From: Eledone cirrhosa
Taxonomy: Eukaryota
Assembly (NCBI GenBank): GCA_964016885.1
Contig: OZ024741.1
Span: forward strand, 154,938,001-155,002,000
Length of the DNA: 64,000 nt
Direction: 5' to 3'
This document shows, one piece after another, positions 38,420 through 51,720 of the stretch (within the stretch, counting starts at the first letter, position 1; every line of letters begins with the position of its first letter). Made by a program: the position numbers and the translations under genes. The notes under the pieces are model-generated. The model was given only the letters and a program-made list of their open reading frames with translations. It ran no database searches and was not told the origin of the DNA.

Positions 38420-38785
38420 GACAATCTTCCACCTCCACCATTAACCCCACCACCACCAATACCATCATAACCAACACTACAGCACTACCATTAACACCAC
38501 TGCCAATAACGCCACAACCACCACTACTGCCACCGCTATCACCACAACTACTGACACAACCAATACTACTACACACCATCACTAATACTACCAATACTCC
38601 TGTTACTGCCACCACCAACATCACCATCACTAACACCACTGCATCACCACTACTGCCATCACAACATACAACATCATCACACCTACACCACTACTGCTGC
38701 TACTGTCACCACTATTACCACCACTGCTATACACCACTACCATAACCATTACCACTATGCACTCCAACAATACTACACCATCATA
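38420..38785. repeat. Degenerate (CAC/CAT/CTA)n low-complexity tract
   Basis: Direct reading. Confidence 0.8.
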
Positions 38786-39186
38786 AGGTTCTTATATAAA
38801 ATTATGTGGGAAAATTTTAATTCAAATAAGAACCATGTTAATTTACTATCTTAGTAATGAAATAATAAATAATTTTAGTAAATCCTTCAAAATTAATAAT
38901 TAATTAATTGAAATAGAGTATATTTCATTGCAAATATGGTCATGAAAGTGTTAAGCTCTTGAAAAAAAATTTAAATCATAAAAAAGTGTTAATATATAAT
39001 GATGCCTGTCAGTTGGATTGTCTATGGCTATACATATACATTTACCAATGCCATATACACTGCTGTAATGAACCACATGTTAGTGTCACTTCTAATTAAC
39101 TCCCTTTTACCAGTTAATTTCACACTAAATGAAAATGAATATCTTCAGTTAATGTTTCATACATATATATAGGCTTTAACCTATTT

Positions 39187-39226
39187 TGTCTCTGATGGAT
39201 AAAAATCTAGAAACTGCTGTCTGGCA
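39187..39226 (+). ncRNA. Degenerate minimal HHR-like motif
   Basis: TGTCT CTGATGG AT-AAAA-ATCTA GAAAC TGCT GTC TGGCA, just after a TA tract. Confidence 0.45.
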
Positions 39227-39316
39227 TTCTTACTACTGTTGAGTTTTTGAAAAAAATTCAAAGCAAGACTCTTATATGTGTATTATGTATAAACATATTA
39301 TGTATAAACATATAAG

Positions 39317-39830
39317 GGTGGTGGATTGGCAGTATCAGTAGAGGGTCGGACGCCATGCTTTCCAGCATAGTTACGTCCCTTTACGATCTGAGTTCAAATC
39401 CCGCCGAGGTTGACTTTGCCTTTCATCCTTACGGGGTCGATAAAATAAAGTACCAGTAATGCACTGGGTATTTGCTGGCCTTGTGCCTAAAGTAGAGACA
39501 ATTATGTATAAACATATTGTATACGATTTTATATGAGCGGCACATTGGCAGAGTCAATAGGACGTTGTATAGAATGCTTTATGTTATTCGTTTCGGCTCT
39601 TTGCTCTCTGAGTTCAAATCCTGCTGAGGTCAACTTTGCCTTTCATTCTTTCAGAGATCGATAAAATAGTACCAGTCTTGTACTGGATCGATTTTTCCTC
39701 TATATCTCTTTCTCATTTCCTCTCTCTCACTCTCTATCTTTCTCTGGAAGAGATCTGCTGTACTCAGGCCTGGAGAGGGATGGTCTCCGCCAGGCTTAAA
39801 TTGCTCAAGAAACGCTCTATGTCAATACAG
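39317..39830 (+). mobile_element. SINE family A copy followed by an alternative-tail variant
   Basis: Young copy 39317-39503; the second copy ends in TCTGGAAGAGATCTGCTG..GGGATGG, shared with 33785-33835 and 58355-58400. Confidence 0.8.
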
Positions 39831-40059
39831 TGCCCCTATGACTCTATCAGAAGTTACGGGACCATACACATATGCCTTTATATACTCTATGATAAACCAT
39901 ACTATATTACTGCTACTTCTAATTACCTATTTCCCAATGTATCTATCATCAGAAAAGAATAACAATAACAACAACAAAGCATGAACTCCGATAGTAGTTT
40001 GAAGAAGTGGGATACATAGGTAGAACAAAGTCATCATAGTTTTATGGATATATTCTTGA

Positions 40060-40275
40060 TAATGATTTCTACTATAGGCACAAGGCCAGCAGTTTGTAGG
40101 GGAGGGGAAATCAATTAAATCAAGCCTAGTGCATTACTGGTGCTTTATTTTATCGACCCTATAAAGATGAAAGCCAAAGCTAACCAAAGTGGGATTTGAA
40201 CTCAGTACATAATAGGCCACCATGCAAAGCATGGTATCTGACACTCTACCAATACTGCCAATCCACTGTCCTCAA
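40060..40275 (-). mobile_element. SINE family A copy (further decayed copies 40735-40860, 41000-41130)
   Basis: Reverse complement of core and tail. Confidence 0.75.
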
Positions 40276-40521
40276 GTAATGATTAAAGAAAATATAGAAG
40301 AAAATTATTGTAATTGAAACATAACAATGGATGGAGAGTCAAAAGGGAGAAGGTCAAGGAAACTAGGATTCAAGCATCTTTAGCTAGAATTTTGTAATCA
40401 AGGAATAATTAAATTGAAATATTTTACTATAAAATCCATCATATTTCATGGGTACTAAGCTAGTACACACACACATTCTCTCTCTCACTCACCCACTCAT
40501 CCACTCACACACACACACACA

Positions 40522-40553
<32 letters not shown>

Positions 40554-41569
40554 TATATATATTTATAGGGAATGAGCGAAGCATTAGATGAGACCAAGGA
40601 AACAATATTTTCATTGTTTTTTTTCCATTGCTGATATTATCTGTTGGTCCCAACTCTTGACAGAAGTGGGGTGGGATTTAAACACAGAATGCAGAGAGCT
40701 GGATCAGATACTGTCTGACTCTTTAACAATTGCTACTTTATTTATTGGTACTTTATGGACCCTGAGTGGATGAAAGGTAAAGTTAACCTCAGTAAGATTT
40801 GAACTCAGGGCACAGAGAACTGGAACAAATATTGATGCTCTAATGACAGCCAATTTACCATCATACATAGCAGGGGATGCCATCCTGATATGTGGCATGT
40901 CTTGGGCACTTTAAACCCAGTGTGTCCTATATCTCTCCTTGTCTGAACACAGCTGAATTCTTTCAGAGAGAAAAGGAGGAGTTGTAGGGGAAAGATAAGG
41001 TTCAGTACTCAACTGGTACTTTATTTATTGCCCACAAAATGATGAAAAGTTAACCTCAGCAAGATTTGAACTGAAAATACCGAAAACCAGAACAAATACT
41101 GATGCTCGAACAACTTGGCCAATTTACTGCCTTAACTATACAAGGAAACCCAATAATTTATTCATATGCATCTCTTGTATATTTTAGAATTTTGATCAAA
41201 TGCGAAAATGTCAAGCAAAAGTGATTTAATTAGAAATGCGGTGGTGTGTTAACTCTTCTGGGAGTCTGACTAATTCTGGAGAGCTCAGTGGATTCCGGCA
41301 ATATTTTGGTAAATGTCTATAATTATATATTTACAATGTAATCCATTAAGGTTTGGCTGAGCTGCCCCAAAACCAATATTCTAATAGAAAAAACTTTTTA
41401 CTTATTTACATATTTACATACATACATATTTGTTCGCACCGACACACCTGTATATATATATTGTATTCATGGTTGTATTCTTTTGGTCATTACCCAAGAT
41501 TCATAACCATAGGGAAGAATAGGTATGAACACTGAATTGAAGATAGCATGTTTGGCTTTTACACTTACT

Positions 41570-42520
41570 TCACTTCTTTTAACAAGCAAGTGCTGAAGCT
41601 GGCACATTACTCCACTAGTTCTACAATTCTTGCACCTAATTCAGCCTCCTGCCTTCTATCACTCATGAACATGGCCCCAAGTTACTTGAACTTCTTCATC
41701 TGATTCAATGGAACTTCACTCACATGCAGAGTGTACTGTGCAAGCTTTCTTAAGAAGACAAGTGTCTTAGTCTTTGCAGCACTAATTTTCATTCTTGCCA
41801 TGCAGCCATCGATAGCAAACCTTAAGTAATACCATGTCAGTTGCAAATTCCAGCTGACTGATCCTACACCAACTAGTCTTGATACCACTTTCAACTTTGC
41901 TTCATATGTTAATCTTCTTCCTGAAGATTATGAACAGGAGACGTGATAGTATGCACATTTACTGGAGTCAGACACCTGCATTGAATGGTTTTGACTTAGC
42001 ACCATTTATCCAAACATAAGTAGCAGGGCATTCATATAGAGACTTCAAGGCAACAAGAAGCTGTTCATCGATCCCATAGTCCTGTAGAACCTTACACAAC
42101 AAGTCCCATGGAATGCGTTCGTGTACCATTTTGAGGCTCACAAAACAAGCATACACCTGTTGGCAATACTCTCATGATTTTTTGAAGACCTGCCACAGTG
42201 TGTATATTTGGTCAGCTGTGCTGTGTCCAAGGTGAAAGACACACTGTTTGTCAGCTAGTTTGGATTTGAAAACATACCTACATCTCTTTACCAAACACTT
42301 AGCTTATATGCTACTGAGCAGTCTTAACAAGGAGATTCCTCTATAATTAGAGAAATCTCTTGTATCCCTTTTGGGATTATCACTTCTGATTGCCATTATT
42401 TGGTGCTTTTCCTGAGATCCAGGCCACCCAGAACACATGAGTCAGCCAGAGCATACCTTCCCTATTTAAGATTTTTAACATTTCTGGCCGGATTTCATCC
42501 TCCCCTGAGGCTTTAGCAGA
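41570..42520 (-). mobile_element. Old RTE-type LINE RT fragment without PHD insertion
   Basis: KASGEDEIRPEMLK, NYRGISLL, YACFVSL, MKISAAKTK..VPLNQMKKFK*LG. Confidence 0.7.
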
Positions 42521-43184
42521 AAAAGATATTTGGTTAGCTATGGGTTATTTGGCTAGATGTTGTTGTTGGGTGAGTGACTTGTTGGCAAGTGAGTAAGTGA
42601 AGTTGATCTCAGTGAGTTGAGAGAAGTTATGCCATCTTTAAGGAAACAAAAACTGTACTCATTTGTTGTGGTGCGAAGTGATATTACCTTGGGGAAAATA
42701 ATTTTCCCTTATCACGTTGGGGTCACCACTTTAGCAGTTAAAGAAGTTATTTGGTTGACCCATTTTAGCAATGAGATATCTAGTTGGTTGAATAAAGCTC
42801 ATCTTAGAAGAAATATTTTTTAAGATGTGTGAAGATTCAATGGTGGCATAATTATCAGAAGGCTGTTAAAACATGCTATAGGATTTATTTTCTTCTTAAA
42901 ATATTACAATAAAATGCTAGGCACCGTTGTGACATATATCTAGGAAAGAGGTTGCTGGGCCCTTGGGACAAAGTTTCTTCTGTAAAGTACTACATCTTGC
43001 TGGTATCAACCGGGAATATAATTAGTTAGGTCTTCTCGCCTTGAAATGAAAACGGAAACTGTTTAGAAGAGAAAAAAAGTGCGAATTTGTTTTGCTGGGT
43101 GGAAATAATTTCCTGGTATTTTTACCAAGCGCAAGCCAATTGTCCCTCTGTGGTAAGTAGTGCCTTTGCTTACTACAAGGCCTC

Positions 43185-43420
43185 TTGCACACTACATCTG
43201 ATGCCTTGTATGCCCAGTTTCTCTCTCAGTTCATTGCCACTTCCGTGTTACATATCCATTGGAACATGTAAGCTTTATTTCTTTCTAATATTCATAGGTC
43301 CTCTGCACATAGTGCCCAAGTCTCACTTCCATGCAGCATTGCTGTTTGCATACAAGCATCATACAGTTTGGCTTTCATTTTGAGGGAAAAACTTTTGTAG
43401 CTAGCAGTGGTAGTAGCTCT
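43185..43420 (-). mobile_element. Degenerate RTE fragment
   Basis: LLPLLATK..LYDACMQTAMLHGSETWALCAED-like reading. Confidence 0.7.
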
Positions 43421-43564
43421 TATCAGTGGGTTTATACACCCCATTATTAGACTATATTATTCAGTCAAAATATTATGCCGAAGCTTCTATTTCGATTCCA
43501 AACTTCACTCAATACATTTCAAACATACTTCCCTTTTTTTAAATTTATTTATATATATATATAT

Positions 43565-43858
43565 ATATTGAAAGAGTGAAGAATAACATGGTCAACAGTA
43601 CACAAAAGGGTTTTATTTACAGTCTGACAATTGTTTCACTGATTAAGTTGTCTAGAAATTGCTGAACACTTGAAGCAGTGCCACTCAATTTTAAATACGT
43701 TGTTAGCTTAACCAGATCATCGGAGATAAATAACTGTTATATGTTCAGTATTTTTACGAATTCAAATTAGACACCTTAATCAGTGAAACAATTGTCAGAC
43801 TGTAAATAAATCCCTTTTTTTGTACTGTTGACCATGTTATTCTTCACTTTTTCAATAT
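43565..43858. repeat. Inverted repeat (about 90-bp arms, about 113-bp spacer) in (TA)n, carrying an HHR
   Basis: 43565-43654 is reverse-complementary to 43768-43858. Confidence 0.9.
43622..43727 (-). ncRNA. Type I HHR motif with CCGAUGA core and about 80-nt stem II
   Basis: Minus strand: ATCT CCGATGA TCTGGTTAAG...CTTAATCAGT GAAAC AATT GTC AGAC. Confidence 0.65.
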
Positions 43859-44481
43859 TATTACTCCAAGATAAACTTACATAGGAATACAAGAGAACTC
43901 ATAAACTCGCCACCTATGTAAACCCCTTGTTGAGTCAAACAACGCCGTATGCTAAAACTATCCATAATAAGAAGTATTCACAACCTCTAACTGGATTACC
44001 TATAATGATATTTTGTTATCCCTTATATATATATATCATCATCATCATCGTCGTTTAACGTCGATGATATATATATATATATAAATGAAAATAGAGAAAT
44101 TAATGTAAGCAAGAAGCCAACTATTACGTCAAGTTGAAAAATATTTAACGTAAGATATGGGAAAATAATTTAATCCCAATTCAAAACAAGTCAAGACCAG
44201 AAATTTTATCCACAGATTTTGTGTAATCCGGGGAAAAAACCAATAGAATCTTAACTCAAAATAAAATTAGGAGTAAATACTTATCCGTCAATTTGGAAAA
44301 CTCTACAAATGCACTATATAGTCTTAAAAAGACTATGTCACGAAACTTTTCAGTGGGGTTAGTCACGGTTGGAATCGTCCCTCAGTAGTGCTCAACAATG
44401 TTAACTAAGACCCACAGCTAAAATATGCCAAAGGGGAATTTAAAAGCAGGCTAGTCAAACCTTGTGTGGAATTGAATTAAT

Positions 44482-44927
<446 letters not shown>

Positions 44928-44930
<3 letters not shown>

Positions 44931-45020
44931 CTCCATCAGAATTCTACTTTTGAAAAGCAGAAGAACTATTTAAAAAAAAAAAGACTCCAGTTGTAATTTC
45001 GATTTCATCTTTTTCCCTTA
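44928..45020 (+). mobile_element. Deleted second copy of the 20598-20887 HHR element
   Basis: CTCCATC..CTTTTGAAAAGCAGAAGAACT..AAGACTCCAGTTG..TTCGATTTCATCT followed by (TA)n. Confidence 0.8.
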
Positions 45021-45185
45021 TATATATATATATATATATAACTTTGAGTATGTGTTGGTTGTTTACCGATACTTCAGTATGCAGGTTAGCGCACTCAATG
45101 AAGTGCGCAGGTTGGTCTGTTTACTCCAAAGTAATGTAAAAACAAAAAGTGTAAGTCAACATGTTAAAATCTGTTCAAGTTCTTA

Positions 45186-45242
45186 CTGCCTGATGAAATC
45201 ATAGCTGTTGAATAATGGTTATCACTGAAATATATATAGCAG
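45186..45242 (+). ncRNA. Type I HHR motif flanked by a short inverted repeat
   Basis: CTGC CTGATGA AATC ATAGCTGTT-GAAT-AATGGTTAT CACT GAAAT ATAT ATA GCAG; 45139-45160 is inverted at 45261-45282. Confidence 0.7.
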
Positions 45243-45314
45243 CGAATATGAATAAACGAAGCTGACTTACACTTCTTGTTTTTATATTCACATATATATA
45301 TATATACAAACACA

Positions 45315-45420
45315 CATATATATATAATATATGTACCATATGTACTTGAATATAAGCTGCAGTATATGTGACCAAACAATCGATGGTAAAATGGTGGGGT
45401 GAGCTTATAATCGGGGTCAA
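45315..45420 (+). mobile_element. Possible pogo/Tigger-type MITE end
   Basis: TACCATATGTACTTGAATATAAGC terminus and inverted GCTTATAATCGGGGT subterminal motif. Confidence 0.4.
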
Positions 45421-46237
45421 TATTTTGATGATTTTCAGCAACCTCAAATTCTATGTAAATAAGTTAAATTGTTAAAAAGTAAAATTGTTAAAATAATAAA
45501 TTGTTAAAATGTCTGGAATGATTCTTTTACAATGAAACTATTTTTCTGCATTTACTACATCGTTGTTGGTGTTATTGAAAATATTTCCAACAAACTTTTA
45601 TAATTTGAACTTTTAACACATACATATTGCATATACATATACTCACATGCATGCACACACACACACACATACACACACATGCATACACACACACACATAC
45701 ATGTTTTTTACTGACAATATTTTTTTCTTTCAATCTTACTTCTGATTCTATTTTATTACTCTCTCTCCCTCTCTCATCTTGCCCTCTCTTTTTCTCATTC
45801 AGTCTCTCCTCTCTCTCACTTGCCATCTCCCTCTCTCTCTTCTACTCTAATGTATCCCTATACACAGTCCTCTTATTTGATCTTTTGCTTTCAAAGTATT
45901 CATATCATGTGAGTGGCTGGAAGTACACAAAAATTCAAGAAACTTGTTGAAACTTAACATAATGGAAACTCATTTTATAATGGAGTTGTGAAACAAAAAC
46001 TATACTCTAACTGACACTTAAAACATTTTTAACATCAAAATATTAGAACCTCATAAATATATTCTATACTCATGACAATTTCAAAACCACACCATTTAAA
46101 CATAATGTGTTGATTAGCTGCCTCGACTCATAAATGGGATTTGGATTTTTGTTCATTTCTCAGACATAAAATAGGAGGGTTGACTTATATTTGGATCAAC
46201 TTATATTTAAGTATGTAGAATATATATATTGTATATA

Positions 46238-46378
46238 TAACGAAGGAATTGTGGTAAGGAACCAGATGGACCATAACGCACCAGAGTACTCAATACTTAG
46301 GGTAGTAGAGTGGGTAATAGGAAAAAGTATGACTGCGATGGCAGAGCTCAAGCCGTCGGGGTCATACTTTTTCCTATT
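46238..46378. mobile_element. Copy of the 25047-25247 element with the palindrome centre deleted
   Basis: GAAGGAATTGTGGTAAGGAACCAGATGG.. matches; hairpin collapsed at GCCGT. Confidence 0.9.
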
Positions 46379-46482
46379 GTATATATATATATATTGTATA
46401 TATATATATAAATGATGATATTGTATATACTTATATATATATATATATATTATATATACTTAAATATTGTATATATTTAAAC

Positions 46483-46716
46483 CCTCATGGAGGATGACTG
46501 GTGGGTAAAGAAGTGCTAAGAAATCCCAGTAGAAGGAAGACACAGTAGAGGAAGACCACGAAAAACATGGGTGGAGGTGGTGAGAGCAGACCTCAGATCG
46601 CTGAAGCTCGTGGAGGAGATGACGATGGACTGTGACAAGTGGAGAGATGCTGTGCTGAATAGGACCCATCCCATCCTTGCAAGCAGGAAAAAGTGGACGT
46701 AAAATGATGATGATGA

Positions 46717-46720
<4 letters not shown>
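46483..46720 (+). mobile_element. 3' end of a third RTE family
   Basis: Reads approximately MEDDWWVKKC*EIPVEGRHSRGRPRKTWVEVVRADL; tail CTTGCAAGCAGGAAAAAGTGGACGTAAAAT(GAT)n. Confidence 0.8.
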
Positions 46721-46782
<62 letters not shown>

Positions 46783-46890
46783 AATTAATATATCTACCGA
46801 CATATGTATACAGATGCATACCTATGCTAGCAGATATATATGTTTTGTCTTAGTAACTTTGTGGTTCTATGCAGGGGAATGCAGAACAAT

Positions 46891-47299
46891 TATATGAAAG
46901 ACGTAAATAAGAAAGTTATGAAAATTGACTTACTTACTAAAATTTCACTCCAACTAATTAGTTTTTGTAAGGGGATAAATATAGTTACGTAATAACTATA
47001 GAGAAGCCTTACGTCATCAGAGAGTCTATTCTCAGCCAAGTTACCAGGCAATGCGGGGACACTGGGAACTTATATAAAAATAATTCAGTGGATGGAAAAA
47101 AGCGAGCGGGGCTAGATTCCAAGCCATTGAAAAATTCACTGCCTTCCTGGTTAGATGAGAATAGACTCCCTGATGACGTAAGGCTTCTCTATAGTTATTA
47201 CGTAACTATATTTATCCCCTTACAGAAACTAATTAGTTGGAGTGAAATTTTAGTAAGTAAGTCAATTTTCATAACTTTCTTATTTACGTCTTTCATATA
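46891..47299. repeat. Inverted repeat (about 143-bp arms, about 122-bp spacer) carrying an HHR in both arms
   Basis: 46891-47033 is reverse-complementary to 47156-47299. Confidence 0.9.
47165..47243 (+). ncRNA. Type I HHR motif with extended stem II
   Basis: ACTCC CTGATGA C GTAAGG..TATAGTTA-TTACG-TAACTATA..CCTTAC A GAAAC TAATTA GT T GGAGT. Confidence 0.8.
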
Positions 47300-49502
47300 T
47301 ATAAATATATATATAACTGATAAACTGAGGACAAGACAACAAACGAAAACAAGGCAGCTTTGAATCCTACCAATGGTACTGCTGGTTTCCACAGGGTCAC
47401 AGCGTCCGACACAAGCCAAAGCGCTGTCCAGTGGAGTAAGAGACAAGACAAAACAATAACTTATAGCAATTAAGCTATAACATGTACACATAGAGTTTTT
47501 ATGTGACATCAGGGAGAAGGCATGTGTGTTTTATAGCATGAAAGTCTCATGAGTGAAACAAAGGAAAAGAAGGAAAGAAAATGGAAAAGGAAGGAGAAAA
47601 AGTCAAGAAGAAAAAAGTAAAATATTGTGATAAAAATGTAAGCCATTGAAATTAGTGTGGGTGGGTGGAGAACACGTTTGTCACAGATTAGTAATGATAA
47701 ACTTAGGAAAATTGTGCATTTGTGTATGTGTGTATGTATGTAATGTTTATATATTCAATTTATATATATACTTATATATACATATATACATATATATATA
47801 TATATGTATATAGCTTTAAAAACTAACAGCACCAGGAACAGAGGCCACCTATGTACAGTGATCATAAGTTAGAAATACAGGAGTGAAAACTAGAGGACAG
47901 TGTGTCAAACATGACAACACTTACACTTGTATTTCTTGATATTTTGAGGTTAATATTCTTTTCAAAATAAAAGAACTGAAGTGTAGTGTTGGTAATGAAT
48001 GGCACTCTACTGCAAAAGATTTTCAAGAGTGAAGTTCTTGTGTAATGCAGAGAGATACATTTATAAAATAACATCTATTTCATTAAAATCTTTTAACATC
48101 CTGAACTGCATGAAACTGCATTAGCAAAACATTCTTGAAAATAACAAAGCCGCACTATGACTGAATCACATTGAAATTTATGTTTATACTCTAATACTAC
48201 AAATTTTCCCAACATACTATCTACAAATAAAATACTATAAACATTGAAATTAAAAAATCTTTTCTGCTAAATCATTACAGAATGCTAAGGCTCATTTAAC
48301 AACCACATATATGCAACTTTATTTGTAGCACTATGATTGCACCATATAAAATATTGACGTCTTTAATGTGATACTGCAAATTTTCACAATGATCTATCAA
48401 CTAGTAAAGATACTACAAACATTTGAATTAACAAACTTGTTTTAGATTCCTTCTATTAAATCATTATACAATGCAAAGTTGTGAAGATTTAAAAGATAGA
48501 GAAGAGGCTACATTGAATATCATTTCATGCAAAATTCTAGTTTTCAAAGATCCAATAAGTCTTTTAATGGCATAACCAAACATTCAGCTGCTGTAAATGG
48601 CATATATTCCCATATCTGCTATCTCACGCAACATAATTGATAGTGTTCTCAATTGACAGAAGATAGCAATGATATCAATCATTATTTAAATGATTCGGCT
48701 TTTAATATGTTAGTGTCCTTTATTCTTTTACTAGTTTCAATGTTTCAGTCATTAGACTGTGGCTATTCTGGGGCACTGCCTCAGAGGAATTTTAGTTGAT
48801 CATATCGATCCTCTAGATACTTTACTCTCTATGTGTACATGTATGTATGTGTGTGCATGTTTGTGCTTACATTTACTTACTGGTTTCATAAAAAGATATC
48901 AATAAACTATGTACCATGACTGGGAAGGAAAAAAGAAATGAAGTATAATGGTTAATATGATTGACTAAAATCCCTTCAAGGCTGTGACCTAGCATGACAA
49001 CAATTTAATAACTGAAGCCAGTAGGGGGAAAAACCCCCAACAGAATAAAGTACTGGCAATATGATCAACCTTTACTTGGCAGTGCTCTAGTATGGCCACA
49101 AACTAATGACTGAAACCAGTAAAACAAAAAGTAAAATAAATAAACTACATTACAAAAATAAAAAAAATGTAAAATACTAAAAACCAATACAGCCCCAATG
49201 TGAAATATAAATATATTTATATTCAGGTCGCATTTTTTAATAAGTTGTTGGGGACTGACATTTCCCTAAATTGCTGTCAGATACATTTAATTCTAATCTT
49301 TTTTGTTTGATTTTATTATTATTATTATTGGGTATTCGAAGAACTGTCAAAAATTAATATTAAGTGGTTGCTTTGAAAAATGGTTATTTCTCACACTGCC
49401 ATAATAATCCTCAGTGTATTCAGTAATGTAACACTAAAGCCCCTCTTGTTTTCCCTGTCTGTCATGGCCACCTCCTCTACTAAAAACTTAAAAGTGCAAA
49501 TA

Positions 49503-49670
49503 GGCACAGACATGGCTGTGTGGTTAAGGATTTGCATCGCAACCACATAGTTTTATGGTTGTGAATTCAGTTTCACTGTGGTTGCAAGTGTCTTTCAGTA
49601 TAGCTTTGAGTTGATCAATACCTTGAGTGAAATTTGGTAGGTGGTTGAAATTGTGTGGAAGATCATCATA
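49503..49670 (+). mobile_element. SINE family C copy (also 8910-8980, 53803-53970)
   Basis: CATGGCTGTGTGGTTAAG..GCAACCA head. Confidence 0.65.
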
Positions 49671-50639
49671 TATGTGTTTGTGTCTGTGTTTAAACCCTGT
49701 AACTTAGTTCAACAAAAAAGAACTGGGTTGAATATTATCATCTTCCTATGTCCACTTTCCATGCTCACATGGGTTGAATGGGTTGTCATTTTTGAGATGA
49801 GAAAGGTCGAGAGACTTCTTCTTACATTTAAATTTAATTCTTGCCACACCAAGAAAAATATCATGCCTCTGCCAAAGATCTTCAAGTGTTTCTGCATGGA
49901 ATGTATCCTAATATTAAGAACATGGTGAGAAACTATAGGCTACAGTGGTAGTGATCAAATGTAGACAATTAAGAGTTTGAAAAGATTCTTCAGTCTGAAC
50001 AATCTCTCTACTGTTGGTGCCATGATAAAATGCATTCAGTACACTTTGGTGCCAGCATAAAACTTACCTAGTACACACTGTAAAGTGTAATGGGGGTGTC
50101 ATGAAAAAATACACCCAGTACACCCTATTAGGTGGTTGGCATTAGGAAAGGCATCTAGCCATAGAAACCATGTCAACTATGGAATGTATAAGCTAGATGA
50201 GGTTGCTCCAACCTGTCTAGTTTTGGACCCTGACGATATATCCAGCCCATGCCAGTGTGGAAAATGGACACGGAATGATGATGATGATGATTTAAAATTA
50301 AAATAATTTTTAAATCTATTAAAATATAATTAAATTTAACAGCCTGTTCTTCCCTTATCTTTATTTCATTCATTGTGATATGCAAATTTTCTCATTGTCC
50401 CTCTCATAAATCCCAACACTTCTTTTGGAAGAAGCACAGGCTCTTTTGGGAAAAAATCTACCTTAAATAGCTTATAATATCATCAACAATGTTCTCTGTC
50501 ACATATATATATATATAATGTGTATCTGTGCCATTCTCATGCAGCTATAGGGATAGCTATAACATACACAGTGAAACTTAGGTATGTTTATCATAGATAG
50601 ACATATTGTATATACCTTCACATATGATTCTAACAACAT

Positions 50640-51345
50640 ATATCTTCTCTCCTAACTACCCCAGAGTATTTGGGATACCATCCAGTGCAACCTGGCCTCA
50701 GACAGGCTAGCGTGCCAGCTCGACCATGTTTTCGCACAGCCTCACAACCCCACAGTGGTGCCTGGCTCCATGCCTTACCCTCCTTCTCTACTGGCATGCA
50801 ACTGGACAATGATAGCCTGCACATTGGGTTTTCTCTGGGGCTCAGCCTCCAGATCTGTGAGCCACACAAATATTGCTGTAGATCCACTGTAGACTCTTTC
50901 GGCCTCCACCTGCTTCCCTGTTGCTACAGTGCTAGCCACCTTCCATGCCATGCTGTTCTCAACGAGGTCATAAAGCATGGTTTGGATGCTGCAGGCTTCC
51001 CCTTCCAGCTCGAACCAGTGGGGCTGTGGGGCTGGACCAAGGGGATGGCAAAAGGCCAGACTGCATGACCATCTTTCCATTTCGCAGTCGTAAACCCCTA
51101 TCTGGGATGACACATGCAGCAACATATTCTCCCACTGCAACCTGATGCAGTCTCCAACAGGCTTGCAGTCGAGCCCCTAGCAGGGTAGACTTCTGGTGTC
51201 CTTGGCCTTAGGGATAGCTTCCTACTCACCACCGTAGGCGCTGAGCTGGCTAGCTGCTGGTGTGAGCCTCGCGAGATGGAATGGCTCTTCCAGCGCATCT
51301 CCCTTACCAGCTGTCTGCTGGGACCATGGGGTGGCCAGCGCGTGG
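50640..51345 (+). mobile_element. CRE-clade-like RLE non-LTR retrotransposon C-terminal fragment
   Basis: SGAWLHALP..QLDN..LQICEPHKYCC..VDSFGLHLLPC..HAVLNEVIK..EPVGL..DGKRPDCMTIFPF. Confidence 0.7.
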
Positions 51346-51519
51346 GACCTCATTTTCTCATAATAGTGAGAGATTGAGTGCATGAGAGAGAAGGAGGTGA
51401 TGACAGTGGGAGTTTGGCTCCTCTATATTCAGACCTGATGTAATTGTGTGTGTATGTTTACTTCTATTCATTTGATATGACAGTAACAAGTAGTACCATT
51501 AATACTACCCTGTTTGCTG

Positions 51520-51720
51520 TTTTTTTTTAAATCTCATCGGTTCTACTTTCTCTTCTCTCTCTCTCTCAAACATCCTCTCTTCTCCCTTTCTTTATCTTCT
51601 GATGAAGTATTAGTTTCTGAAACTTTAAGCTTCTTTGCCACCTCTATCAAGCACTTACCTAATAACTAACATTGTATTGTTCTTTTGTATTGTTTTTCCT
51701 TATTGACTTTTCTTATATGT
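51520..51720 (+). mobile_element. Family B HHR element, degenerate
   Basis: TCTT CTGATGA AGTATTAGTTTCT GAAAC TTT AAGC at 51595-51630, then TATCAAGCA..CTAATA. Confidence 0.6.

Noticed and set aside
41260-41385. Possible decayed long-stem HHR (CTGACTA..GAGCTCAG/CTGAGC..AAAAC)
   Set aside because: Needs several core mutations; the hairpin is real but the ribozyme call is unsupported
43470-43530. Minus-strand TTGAAAT..GAAAT..TC-GGCATA HHR-like layout
   Set aside because: A9 is missing and stems II and III pair poorly
44310-44360. Hairpin ATAGTCT/AGACTAT followed by GAAAC..TC-AGTG
   Set aside because: 5' catalytic core absent; would require an assumed deletion of about 10 nt
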